The notes beneath the pieces were generated by a model. It searched no databases, had not been told where the DNA came from, and saw only the letters and a program-made list of their open reading frames with translations. From positions 16,865-80,864 of the IMG/VR virus record IMGVR_UViG_2924880783_000005: DNA of 64,000 nucleotides, one strand, 5' to 3'. Both the position numbers and the translations under genes were made by a program. This document shows positions 9,179-18,124 of this stretch, in pieces (the stretch's first letter is position 1; every line of letters begins with the position of its first letter). The DNA comes from a virus. Lineage: Duplodnaviria > Caudoviricetes.

Positions 9179-9728
9179 GTTTTGCCGCCAGTGGGTTCCC
9201 GGAAACTGGACGACGGTCATGGCCAGCCGTCTCGAGAACAATGTCTTTAACTTCGCGACCGTAGCCGGAGACTACGCCAGGCAGCAGTTTCAGGCGTCTT
9301 TCTCCGCCGGCGGTTTTTGCGGTCGTCAGTGGGCTCCGCGAACTTCCCGATGGGGCAAGAAATTCACCCATCCGGTGATGAACGATACGGGAACGCTGTC
9401 AAAGAGCATCGAAAAGGAAGCGAAGCGTATCGACATTGTCGGACGGCGCAGCAACAATACGCGTATCTTCCGAAAAGGGGCCTATTATTGGATTTACACC
9501 ACCGAGAAGAGCGTGCCCACCAAAGGGAAACGGGGCCGGAAAACAGATCGGTATAAGAACTATGCCGCCGTGCATAATACCGACCCGAAATTTGGGCTTT
9601 ACACCGTGAACCAGTATTCATCACGGCGTCCCGTACACCGGCCTTTCATCGGTTTCTCCCCGAAGATAGACGAACACATCGCCGCCCATTTTATCGATAA
9701 GATATTCGAAGGATTTCCCCAGACATGA
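9156..9728 (+). CDS. Virion morphogenesis protein (Mu gpG-like)
   Basis: WAPR...MNDTGTLSKSI and YAAVHN...RPFIGFS motifs. Confidence 0.7.
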   Translation: MPKITLDEFCRQWVPGNWTTVMASRLENNVFNFATVAGDYARQQFQASFSAGGFCGRQWAPRTSRWGKKFTHPVMNDTGTLSKSIEKEAKRIDIVGRRSNNTRIFRKGAYYWIYTTEKSVPTKGKRGRKTDRYKNYAAVHNTDPKFGLYTVNQYSSRRPVHRPFIGFSPKIDEHIAAHFIDKIFEGFPQT

Positions 9729-10474
9729 TCAAGGACAAGCATCCCATAGCACAACCGCAGCCGTCGGCTCAGTTACCGGATCCCCAGCCGGAAGAGGTCA
9801 TTGAAAACCCCTTTGTAAGCGTGTACCAGGCCGTGCGGCGTGCCATACTCACCGTGCGCGAGGACCCCGACGATCCGCTCTCGCCGCCCCTGTTCAAGAC
9901 CGTCGCCATCGACAACGGGCAGTTCTCCCGTATCGTCCGCAGCGAAAACACGGAGTACGAGACGGCCTTTCCCGCCGTGTTCATCCACTTCATCAATATC
10001 CGCTATCTGGTACAGCAGCAGCGCATCGGCGAGGGGCGTGCCACGATGCGCGTGCGGTTTATCCTCGACACGCTCAACAACTCCGACCCCGAGCACGAGT
10101 GCGACCCGTTCATTGTCTTCCAGCGTCTGAACATCGCTATACAGGATGCCAAGGACAGGGAGCCGGCTTTAAGCGAGCGATGCAACCTGACCTATTTCGA
10201 TATGCCGCAGACAACGAACATGCTGCAAGCCTATTGGATAGATTACGAGATCTGGTTCCGCGAATCGTCCGCATGGAAATACAGGGGTTGGGTGGAGCGT
10301 TACCTCGTGATGCCTCCGTTCACGCAGCACAGCGACGCCTCGCAACATGACAGCGAGGGGCACGGGCATCATTCCGTCCCGCCATACGAGGAGGTTACCG
10401 GTTTCGAACCGTCGGTGGAGGTGGAAGAGCCGGGGCAAGACGAGGGCGAGGAGAACAACGGGGAAGAACCTTAG
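9725..10474 (+). CDS. Putative neck/tail-completion protein
   Basis: Position in the head-tail region; FPAVFIHF and YWIDYEI beta segments; acidic tail. Confidence 0.5.
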   Translation: MIKDKHPIAQPQPSAQLPDPQPEEVIENPFVSVYQAVRRAILTVREDPDDPLSPPLFKTVAIDNGQFSRIVRSENTEYETAFPAVFIHFINIRYLVQQQRIGEGRATMRVRFILDTLNNSDPEHECDPFIVFQRLNIAIQDAKDREPALSERCNLTYFDMPQTTNMLQAYWIDYEIWFRESSAWKYRGWVERYLVMPPFTQHSDASQHDSEGHGHHSVPPYEEVTGFEPSVEVEEPGQDEGEENNGEEP

Positions 10475-10491
10475 AAAGTCTGTCCGGCCGC

Positions 10492-10521
10492 AACCCTTTT
10501 CATGAACTGCTCCCTACGCTT
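10492..10521 (+). promoter_or_regulatory. Late-promoter motif variant (AAC-N19-CTACGCTT)
   Basis: Upstream of the KilA-N gene start at 10550. Confidence 0.5.
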
Positions 10522-10549
10522 GAATAAAGACATTCAAAGACAGGAAAGG

Positions 10550-11320
10550 ATGAAAACGACATGGCAAACATTCCATTACAACGACCAGCCGGTAACCTTT
10601 GAAATCGGAGACCGGCAGGTGATGGTCAACGCCTCACAGATGGCCAGACCGTTCCGCAAGCAGCCGAGCGACTGGACGCGGTTAAAACAGACGGGGGATT
10701 TTATCGCCTCATTGTCAGCCGTTCGGGGAATCCCCCGAACGCGACTTGTACGGGTCGTGCGCGGCGGTAACGGCATTCAGGGTACATTCTTCCACGAGGA
10801 CGTGGCCCTGGAGTTTGCCCGCTGGCTCTCGCCGCTTTTCGCCATCTGGTGCAACGACCGCATCAAGGAACTTCTGCAAGGCGTCATGCCGTCGGCCTCC
10901 GACCCCCGATTCGTGCTGGAGGTGCTCGACCGCTTGCGTGACGGCTATGCGGAGGGGCTTGTCCTGCGGGAAGAAAACGACCGGTTGCTCGACACATTGG
11001 AGGGACAGACTCACAAAGTCGAGTTTTACGACAACGTACACCGCAGTCGTAAGCCGGAGGACAAACGCATCTATCGTATCTCGCAAATCGCTGCGGAGCT
11101 CGGCATGACGGGTGCGGAACTCAATCGCGTGTTGTACGAGAAAGGTATCCAGCGCCGTCGCGGACATATCTGGGTTCCGATGCCAGAATACGACGGCAAG
11201 GGATATACTCTCAAGCGCACATTCCAGAACGGATTCGACGCCTCGGGCGAACCGCTCTACTGCACCTTCACGGTCTGGACGCCCAAAGGACGGGATTTCA
11301 TTCTGGGGCTGTTTGAATAA
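10550..11320 (+). CDS. KilA-N domain plus KilAC antirepressor protein
   Basis: VNASQMARPFRKQPSDWTR...GTFFHEDVALEFARWLSP and ISQIAAELGMTGAELNRVL...VWTPKGRDFI; start reassigned to the ATG at 10550. Confidence 0.88.
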   Translation: MKTTWQTFHYNDQPVTFEIGDRQVMVNASQMARPFRKQPSDWTRLKQTGDFIASLSAVRGIPRTRLVRVVRGGNGIQGTFFHEDVALEFARWLSPLFAIWCNDRIKELLQGVMPSASDPRFVLEVLDRLRDGYAEGLVLREENDRLLDTLEGQTHKVEFYDNVHRSRKPEDKRIYRISQIAAELGMTGAELNRVLYEKGIQRRRGHIWVPMPEYDGKGYTLKRTFQNGFDASGEPLYCTFTVWTPKGRDFILGLFE

Positions 11321-11367
11321 AGGACAGAGGCGGGACGGGAGGCAAATGCTTCCCGTCTGTCGTTTAC

Positions 11368-11396
11368 AACCTTTTGCGTCTTCTTCGGCTACTCTT
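11368..11396 (+). promoter_or_regulatory. Late-promoter motif AAC-N18-CTACTCTT (protease)
   Basis: AAC at 11368-11370, CTACTCTT at 11389-11396. Confidence 0.7.
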
Positions 11397-11415
11397 ATCC
11401 AAAGAACTGTTCGAC

Positions 11416-12660
11416 ATGGACATAAACTCACTTCAATATGTTGTCGGGGAGGTGCGGGAGAACGAGGCGGCCACCATCCGTTTCTTCGGTCGCGTGACGG
11501 AGGAGACCACCACCCGTTTCAACGACGAATTCGATTTTCTGGAAAACGTCATCCGTCCATCGTGTATCCGCGTACTGATCAACTCCGAGGGCGGCAGCGT
11601 ACTTTACGGCATGTCCACCTATTCGACCATCGCCAACTCGAATGTCGATACGGAGTGCGTCATCGAGGGTGTCGCGGCGTCGATGGCCTCGATTATCTGG
11701 GCGGCCGGGCGGCGCTCCCTGATGCGCGACTACGCCATACTGATGATTCACAACCCCATGTTGCCCGGTGAGGATCCGGATAGCGGCGTGTCCGATATGG
11801 TGCAGGCTTTCACCCGGCAGATAGAGACCATTTACCGCAAGCGTTTCGGGTTGAAAGCGGAACACGTCCGCGCTATCATGGACGGCGATGCGGGCAAGGA
11901 CGGCACTTACTTCGATGCCCAGGCCGCCGTCAAGGCGGGCATCATTCCGGCCGGGAACATCATCCGCACGTCGAAACAGTTGTGCGAGCGGGTACATGAC
12001 CAGGTGGCCGGCATGACCGATACGGCCTCCATACAGGAACTGATGAACAGGGTCTCGGCCGGGAATCAACTTTTTGACGCGGGAGGGGCTACTCTTAATC
12101 AAACGGAAAACGATATGGCAAACGAAAACAAGACACAAGGTTTCGAGTATGGCGCGATTGCCGCCTCGCTCGGCATGAAAGATAAGGAGGTCAAGGACGT
12201 CATGGCCCGCATCTCGGAGCTGGCGGCGCTGGAACCCAAGTACAAGGAGCTGGAAAAATCGCTCAGTGATGCCCAGACGGTCATCGCCGGTAAGGAAGCC
12301 ACGATACAGAACCTCCAGAAGGATCTCTCGGCGGCCACAGCGCAACTCTCCGCCTACCAGAAGAAAGAGCGGGAGGAGCAGACGTCCCGCATCGAGACGC
12401 TCGTCGAGAACGCCATCACCGAGGGCAAGATCGACCGGGAATCAAAAGCCCAGTGGGTCGAGATGGCGACTGCCAACATCACCTTGGCGGAAAGCACGCT
12501 GGCATCGATTCCCGCGCGCGAGAAAATCTCGGCGGAGATTGCCAAAGACCCCGGGAACGTCCAGGCGGCAACCGAGGCGGCCAAGACCGCCGAGCAACTG
12601 ATGGCCGAGAAAGTCACGGAGGTCGTGGGACGGAACTTCGAGTTCCGCAAGCTCAAATAG
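11416..12660 (+). CDS. ClpP-type prohead protease fused to a coiled-coil scaffold
   Basis: INSEGGSV, AASMASII, LMIHNP and TYFDAQAA ClpP motifs; C-terminal coiled coil; start at ATG 11416. Confidence 0.88.
   Translation: MDINSLQYVVGEVRENEAATIRFFGRVTEETTTRFNDEFDFLENVIRPSCIRVLINSEGGSVLYGMSTYSTIANSNVDTECVIEGVAASMASIIWAAGRRSLMRDYAILMIHNPMLPGEDPDSGVSDMVQAFTRQIETIYRKRFGLKAEHVRAIMDGDAGKDGTYFDAQAAVKAGIIPAGNIIRTSKQLCERVHDQVAGMTDTASIQELMNRVSAGNQLFDAGGATLNQTENDMANENKTQGFEYGAIAASLGMKDKEVKDVMARISELAALEPKYKELEKSLSDAQTVIAGKEATIQNLQKDLSAATAQLSAYQKKEREEQTSRIETLVENAITEGKIDRESKAQWVEMATANITLAESTLASIPAREKISAEIAKDPGNVQAATEAAKTAEQLMAEKVTEVVGRNFEFRKLK
12068..12096 (+). promoter_or_regulatory. Internal late-promoter motif inside the protease gene
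   Basis: AAC at 12068-12070, CTACTCTT at 12089-12096, then an A-rich leader and an in-frame ATG at 12115. Confidence 0.7.
12115..12660 (+). CDS. Nested scaffolding protein (in-frame internal start)
   Basis: MANENKTQGFEYGAIAASLG... in frame with the protease, with its own promoter motif and A-rich leader. Confidence 0.65.
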   Translation: MANENKTQGFEYGAIAASLGMKDKEVKDVMARISELAALEPKYKELEKSLSDAQTVIAGKEATIQNLQKDLSAATAQLSAYQKKEREEQTSRIETLVENAITEGKIDRESKAQWVEMATANITLAESTLASIPAREKISAEIAKDPGNVQAATEAAKTAEQLMAEKVTEVVGRNFEFRKLK

Positions 12661-12782
12661 GCTGTCTCCCGGGAAATACCCCGACTTTGTAAACTGACAT
12701 GCCGGAGACTCCGGGTCTCGTGCGGAAAGGTATCCGCCCGTCGGCTGAGATTCATTCGTAACCAAGTAAACTCATTCGACAA

Positions 12783-13832
12783 ATGGCAGATACTGTAAAC
12801 TTTCTTCAGAACGGCTACTCCGGCGAGGTGCTGGAAGACCTCCTGACCTATACGGCGCAGGGCAACGACACCTTCCGCGAGGGGCTGGTACATATTAAGA
12901 GCGGCATCCAGCACAAATACACGTTACCCGCCATCAAGCTCGGCGACATTATTCAGGATAATGTCCCCACGCCAACCTCGACGCACGGCGCAAAAGGGGC
13001 GAACGGCGAGAACGAGTATACGCTTACGGAGCGTTACCTCGAACCGCAGGACTTTATGGTTTATCTCGAGTTCAATCCGCGGGACTACGAGAAGTATTGG
13101 AAGTTCGCACAGCCGGACGGCAATCTTGTTTTCCGCGAGCTCGACCCGAAGATCCAGGCCACGATGCTGCGCCTGTTGATGGACAAGAAAAACGAGTACA
13201 TCGGCAATGCCATCTGGACGGCGGCAAAGGGCGGCGAGGCATCCGCGAAAATCACGGCACCCTCGGGCGGCGTGAAAATCGGCGCGGGCAAGGAGAAGTA
13301 TTTTGATGGTGTCATTAAGCGTATCATAGACAATGTGAGCGCCACCGATGCCGAGACCATCGCGGGCGGACAGTGCGTCGTCTCCGGTAACACGGAACTC
13401 ACGGACGGAGCCGCCGTTGAAGCTGCTCTATACGCCATGTGGAAAAAGTGCCCGAAGCAGATCCGCAAGAAAGCGTCGCTCTCGTTCATCATCGGTTGGG
13501 ACGCGTGGGACGCCTACGACCAGTACATCTCGGACAAGCAGGTCAAATACTCGGAGAACACCGAGGTGAACCGATACCGTTTCAAGGGCAAGAAGATTAT
13601 CCCTATCGTCGGCATCCCCGAGCATACCATCGTGCTGGGCGAGTTCTCCACGGGTATGGACTCGAACCTCTGGATGGGTGTGGACTACGCCAACGATACC
13701 GAGGTGCTGAAGGTTGACCGTCTGCAGGCCAACTCCGAGCTCTTCTTCTTCCAGATGAGAATGAAGATGGACGTGAACATCGTCCGTCCGGGCGAGATCG
13801 TCGTGCATACCGCCTACAAGAAAACCGAATAA
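12783..13832 (+). CDS. Major capsid protein
   Basis: 349 aa directly after the protease/scaffold; strong codon bias; followed by a stable hairpin. Confidence 0.78.
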   Translation: MADTVNFLQNGYSGEVLEDLLTYTAQGNDTFREGLVHIKSGIQHKYTLPAIKLGDIIQDNVPTPTSTHGAKGANGENEYTLTERYLEPQDFMVYLEFNPRDYEKYWKFAQPDGNLVFRELDPKIQATMLRLLMDKKNEYIGNAIWTAAKGGEASAKITAPSGGVKIGAGKEKYFDGVIKRIIDNVSATDAETIAGGQCVVSGNTELTDGAAVEAALYAMWKKCPKQIRKKASLSFIIGWDAWDAYDQYISDKQVKYSENTEVNRYRFKGKKIIPIVGIPEHTIVLGEFSTGMDSNLWMGVDYANDTEVLKVDRLQANSELFFFQMRMKMDVNIVRPGEIVVHTAYKKTE

Positions 13833-13870
13833 AGATATTCCACCTTTCATCTGATTTGAATGTCTCACCC

Positions 13871-13898
13871 GGGGAGCGGAGTCGAAACCCCGCTCCCC
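13871..13898 (+). terminator. GC-rich hairpin after the capsid gene (partial terminator or stabiliser)
   Basis: GGGGAGCGG (13871-13879)/CCGCTCCCC (13890-13898); only a short U-run follows. Confidence 0.5.
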
Positions 13899-13916
13899 AA
13901 ATTTTACCCGACAATC

Positions 13917-14279
13917 ATGGCAAAGAAAATCAATACGGAGGAAACACCTCAAACCGTAACGGATGACACCTTACGGCAAGAAGCTGTCGGTACGACCGGC
14001 GCGCCGGCTGAAACGGTTGCCGAACATCCCGCACCCGCGCAGACCCGTACCGAACCGGAAACCGCGGCAAAGCCGGAGAAGCCGGCGGAAGAGAATCATC
14101 CGGGAGCGCAGACACCTGCACCCCATGTCCTCGAACTGCTGAAAAAGTTCCCCGCCTATCCTTCGCTGTACATCGACGTTCACGGCGGAACTTTCACACC
14201 GGACACGGCCGCCGCCATCCGCGGCAAGGCGGTGCTGTACCGGAATCCTTTTTATAACGAATCCAAAAACAGATCATAA
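13917..14279 (+). CDS. Hypothetical virion-associated protein
   Basis: Start at ATG 13917; low-complexity Pro/Ala/Glu N-terminus; lies between capsid and sheath. Confidence 0.7.
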   Translation: MAKKINTEETPQTVTDDTLRQEAVGTTGAPAETVAEHPAPAQTRTEPETAAKPEKPAEENHPGAQTPAPHVLELLKKFPAYPSLYIDVHGGTFTPDTAAAIRGKAVLYRNPFYNESKNRS

Positions 14280-14282
14280 CCT

Positions 14283-15629
14283 ATGGCACTCGGCAATGTA
14301 TTCATCAAGGACGTGGACGGCAACATCCCGTATGACACGGGGTCATCCAACGAAAAGGTAACGGGACTTCTGTTCGACGTGTCGTTGCAGCCGACGCTCT
14401 TTACCGAAGGGTACGGCAAGACAAACGAGCCGAAGCTCCGTTTGGGCGACGTCATCTGCATCACCTCCCTCAAGTCCGCTGTCAGCGACTTCGGTATCCT
14501 CGAGCGTGTCACGGCCACCGAGGAAGAAGAGACTAACGTCAACTTCCTGCACGGCATACCGGCCTATCACATCCGTGAGTTTTTCCGCATGTCGGGCAGC
14601 GTGAACGGTACGGGCAAGCTATACGTGATGTTCGCCGACTGTTCCGTCTCGTGGAATGCCATCGAGGTGATGCAGCGGGCCGCGGGAGGCATGATCAACC
14701 AGATGGGCATCTGGACCGAGCAGCCGCTCTGGAAAGCGAACGGTGCGGCGGAAAAGTACAGCCTGAATCTCGTAAAAGGGTTGAATGACATCGCCGTAAG
14801 TCTGGCGGGGCAGAACCAGCCCCTGTCGCTCGTCCTCTCGGCCAACCCCTCGAATACGGGAAGCGATACCACCGAGGGACGTCAGGTCGACCTAAACCGT
14901 GTGCCTTCGTGTATTTGCGAAGCAAGCCGCATCAGTTGCATCTTCGGGCAGGCGCATCACGAGACCGTCACGCTCATGCAGATGCGCAATGCGAACCACA
15001 CGCCCGTGGGATTCCTCGGGGCCGTGATGGGCGCTCTCGCCAGGGCAAGCGTACACGAGTCGATTGCATGGGTCAAGCAGTTCAACCTCTTCACGGACCA
15101 TTTTCAGGAAATCGAGCTGGGATTCGGCGACATCAACCTCGACGAGGCGGAGGAGAATTTCCTGAGCCTGAACCGTTACGAATCGTTGTCGCCCTCCCTG
15201 CTGGACGAACTCGACGACAAGGGATACATCTTTCCCATCAAGTATGCCGGACGCGAGAATGGTATCTACATTTCGAAAGACCAGACCTGTTCCACGGGAG
15301 ACTACCGCACCATCGCCCGCAACCGTACCATCAACAAGAGCCGCCGCGCCGTGCGTGCCGCCTTGCTGCCCTATGTGAATTCGCCGCTGATGGTCAATCC
15401 CTCGACCGGATTCCTCGCGCCGTCGAAAATCACGGCCTTCAAGACGCTGGTCGGCGACATCCTCGCCAAGATGCAGGCCGCGCAGGAAATTTCAGGTTAC
15501 GCAGTGACTATCGACCCCGGCCAAAATGTACTGGTAGACGACACGTTACGGATTTCATACGTCATCGTGCCGGTCGGCGTTGCCGTAAAGATTTATGTCG
15601 AGGAGGGGCTTTCATTAACCGCTAAATAA
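14283..15629 (+). CDS. Tail sheath protein (DUF2586-like)
   Basis: 448 aa; C-terminal IARNRTINKSRR...IVPVGVAVKIYVE sheath-like end; precedes the tube gene. Confidence 0.8.
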   Translation: MALGNVFIKDVDGNIPYDTGSSNEKVTGLLFDVSLQPTLFTEGYGKTNEPKLRLGDVICITSLKSAVSDFGILERVTATEEEETNVNFLHGIPAYHIREFFRMSGSVNGTGKLYVMFADCSVSWNAIEVMQRAAGGMINQMGIWTEQPLWKANGAAEKYSLNLVKGLNDIAVSLAGQNQPLSLVLSANPSNTGSDTTEGRQVDLNRVPSCICEASRISCIFGQAHHETVTLMQMRNANHTPVGFLGAVMGALARASVHESIAWVKQFNLFTDHFQEIELGFGDINLDEAEENFLSLNRYESLSPSLLDELDDKGYIFPIKYAGRENGIYISKDQTCSTGDYRTIARNRTINKSRRAVRAALLPYVNSPLMVNPSTGFLAPSKITAFKTLVGDILAKMQAAQEISGYAVTIDPGQNVLVDDTLRISYVIVPVGVAVKIYVEEGLSLTAK

Positions 15630-15637
15630 TCGAAAAT

Positions 15638-16093
15638 ATGGCAATTATAAACAATGTCGCATATAGCTGGTCGATGATTACCCTTGCCTCGACGGCACTG
15701 GGCATCGACGAGGGTTCCACCACGCTCGAGGGCGTGTCCGCCATCAAGTGGTCGAAGAAGCGCAAGGTGGAAAGCAACTACGGGATGGGAGGCAAACCCG
15801 TTTCCAGAGGTTTCGGAAACATCACCTACACGGCTTCCATAACGATGGACTATGCCACACAACAGTTGTTGCGCTCGGTATACGGCTCGCTGCTCGAAAT
15901 CGGGGAATTCGACCTGATCATCTCCTTCGCCAACCCCATGGCGTCGGACGACTGGACGACCACCACCGTGACGCTCAAGGGGTGCATCTTCACCGAGGAC
16001 TGCCTCGAATCGCAGCAGGACGATACCAACATCACCCACGAATTCGATCTGAACCCGTTCGACATCCAAATCGGTTCAGGGGATACTATTTAG
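15638..16093 (+). CDS. Tail tube protein
   Basis: 151 aa beta-rich protein (YSWSMI...RGFGNITYTASITM...VTLKGCIF) after the sheath. Confidence 0.8.
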   Translation: MAIINNVAYSWSMITLASTALGIDEGSTTLEGVSAIKWSKKRKVESNYGMGGKPVSRGFGNITYTASITMDYATQQLLRSVYGSLLEIGEFDLIISFANPMASDDWTTTTVTLKGCIFTEDCLESQQDDTNITHEFDLNPFDIQIGSGDTI

Positions 16094-16098
16094 GCCGT

Positions 16099-16581
16099 AT
16101 GGATGTAACCTTTGAAGGCAAGTCCTCGACAGGAAAAAACGAATGGCTCACGCCGCCACATATCCTGAGGCGGCTGGGGGCGTTCGATTTGGACCCCTGC
16201 GCTCCCGTGTCCCGTCCGTGGAATACAGCGGTGCGTCATTATACCATCGAGGATGACGGGCTCAAGCAACCGTGGTTCGGGCGCGTGTTCTGTAACCCGC
16301 CGTACGATACGGTACTCATAGCGCGTTTCATCCGTCGTTGTGTAGAACACCGCAACGCCATAGCGCTGACTTTCGCCCGGACGGACACGAGGCTGTTCCA
16401 CGAGCTGGTGTTTCCGAATGCGGATTCCATACTGTTTATCAAGGGACGGCTGAGTTTCTGTCACGTTACGGGCGAGCCGGGAGGCACGGCCGGCGCCCCG
16501 TCCTGCCTGATCGCCTTCGACAAAGAAAATACCGCAACGTTGGAGCGATGCGGTATAGAGGGGAAGCTGGTAAAATTATAA
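16099..16581 (+). CDS. Phage DNA N6-adenine methyltransferase (Dam-like, orphan)
   Basis: EWLTPP, FDLDPCA, DGLKQPW and FCNPPY motifs; start at ATG 16099. Confidence 0.85.
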   Translation: MDVTFEGKSSTGKNEWLTPPHILRRLGAFDLDPCAPVSRPWNTAVRHYTIEDDGLKQPWFGRVFCNPPYDTVLIARFIRRCVEHRNAIALTFARTDTRLFHELVFPNADSILFIKGRLSFCHVTGEPGGTAGAPSCLIAFDKENTATLERCGIEGKLVKL

Positions 16582-17340
16582 TTCTATATATCTGGCCCTG
16601 TCAAAGGTGTGATGCTCGTTGGCAAACACATAGCCTAACTGATTGCTCACGCATTTCGTGTTCCCGATAGTCTTGTCTACGTTTCGGTGCGAGTGTCCAT
16701 ATATCCAATACTCGACCGGGCTTTGAGCGATAAAATCTTCCATCTCGACGACAAAGGCACCATTCAGCGGACTGCCCTTAAACTCGTCGGAAAGCAATTC
16801 GAAGGAGGGCACATGGTGGGTGGCGACAAGGATATGTTCCGCTTTGCTCCGGCAGACGCTCTCTTTCAGAAATTTGGCGCAGCGGAGATGCTCATCGTTA
16901 AAGCGATTCCAGTCAAGCGGCTCACTGCCGTAACGTATCCTTTTGAAATCACTGATGGCATTCTCCGTGCGAAAGGCATCCTGAAGCTTAATGGCCGACC
17001 ATAGCGTGGTCGCTATGAGGTCTATGTCTTTTGCCAATGGGATTACAGCATTGTATATACAAGTTACATTATGCCTGATTTCGATTTTCCAGCCATTATA
17101 CAGTTTGTCAATATCGAAAAGCTTGTAGAACTCATGGTTGCCGGGAATGACAATGACCTGCCTATAGTTTTCGGATGCCCAGTCCCAAAAAGGGTGTTTC
17201 GAATAATTGTTATCTCCGATATATCCGATGTCTCCGGCCAACACAAGAATATCACCCACCGCTTCCAGCGGATATTCTTTTAGGAATCTGCTGTTATCTG
17301 CAAATTCCAGATGCAGGTCGCTGGCGTATTGTATCTTCAT
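16576..17340 (-). CDS. Calcineurin-like metallophosphoesterase
   Basis: Complete motif set: SDLH, LAGDIG, PGNHE, THHVP, YGHSH. Confidence 0.9.
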   Translation of the reverse strand: MKIQYASDLHLEFADNSRFLKEYPLEAVGDILVLAGDIGYIGDNNYSKHPFWDWASENYRQVIVIPGNHEFYKLFDIDKLYNGWKIEIRHNVTCIYNAVIPLAKDIDLIATTLWSAIKLQDAFRTENAISDFKRIRYGSEPLDWNRFNDEHLRCAKFLKESVCRSKAEHILVATHHVPSFELLSDEFKGSPLNGAFVVEMEDFIAQSPVEYWIYGHSHRNVDKTIGNTKCVSNQLGYVFANEHHTFDRARYIEL

Positions 17341-17341
17341 C

Positions 17342-18124
17342 TCATTCTTCTATAATAAATGCGGCATCCAACAGTTCAAGGAAAACTTCTATGTCATCCG
17401 ATGTGCGGTTAAGCGCCGCTTCCAGGGACTGGCTGGGAAGCGTTTTCCTTATGCCTTCAGAAAATTCCCTGATACATTCATATATGGACTCCGTTACTTT
17501 CACTGGTTCGGGAACGGAGGTTGTGGCAATCAGTTTCAATACATCCGAGCGATGCTTCTTGATATGTTTGGTATTGACGTGCTTTCCTTCCTCTTTTTCT
17601 GCCATGAGGTTCAGATATGCGCGTGCCTTCAATGCCATCAGCGCAACCGGATGGGCAATCCTCAATCCGCCATCCACGAAACTGTTCCGGATCGTAAAAT
17701 GATAATAGTCATCGTCCATGATAATGGCTGACAAACTGGACAACTCGTCCCCCACGGGTATAGGTTCGATGACAAATCCGGAAGGTTCACCCAAGATGTC
17801 CGGATGTCTGGACAGCAACTCTATTTGAACGGGATACCCGTCATCGGGATTGTCAAAACGGTACAAGGTATATACCGATTCATCGGAATTTTCCCGGCTG
17901 CGTTTTGCCGGATGATATCCGCCTTCACGGACAAACGTCCAAAACGCGGCGGCAAATTCGGGCGTCATCCTTTCGACAATGATAATCATGTCTATGTCAC
18001 TGGTTGCGCGGGGGCGCATGTCTGTTCCCTGAAGGACAATATCACAAGCCGTTCCCCCGATGATAACGTAATTGTCGGCATATTGTGCAAATGCCTCTTT
18101 GAATTTATCGATACCTGTTACCAT
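17342..18124 (-). CDS. AbiEii/DUF1814-like nucleotidyltransferase (type IV TA toxin family)
   Basis: IIGGTAC...RATSDIDM motif and a C-terminal LKARA...KHRSDV segment. Confidence 0.78.
   Translation of the reverse strand: MVTGIDKFKEAFAQYADNYVIIGGTACDIVLQGTDMRPRATSDIDMIIIVERMTPEFAAAFWTFVREGGYHPAKRSRENSDESVYTLYRFDNPDDGYPVQIELLSRHPDILGEPSGFVIEPIPVGDELSSLSAIIMDDDYYHFTIRNSFVDGGLRIAHPVALMALKARAYLNLMAEKEEGKHVNTKHIKKHRSDVLKLIATTSVPEPVKVTESIYECIREFSEGIRKTLPSQSLEAALNRTSDDIEVFLELLDAAFIIEE

Noticed and set aside
15748-16098. N-terminal extension of the Dam-like MTase (277-aa ORF call)
   Set aside because: It overlaps the tube gene out of frame; MTase motifs begin after the ATG at 16099.
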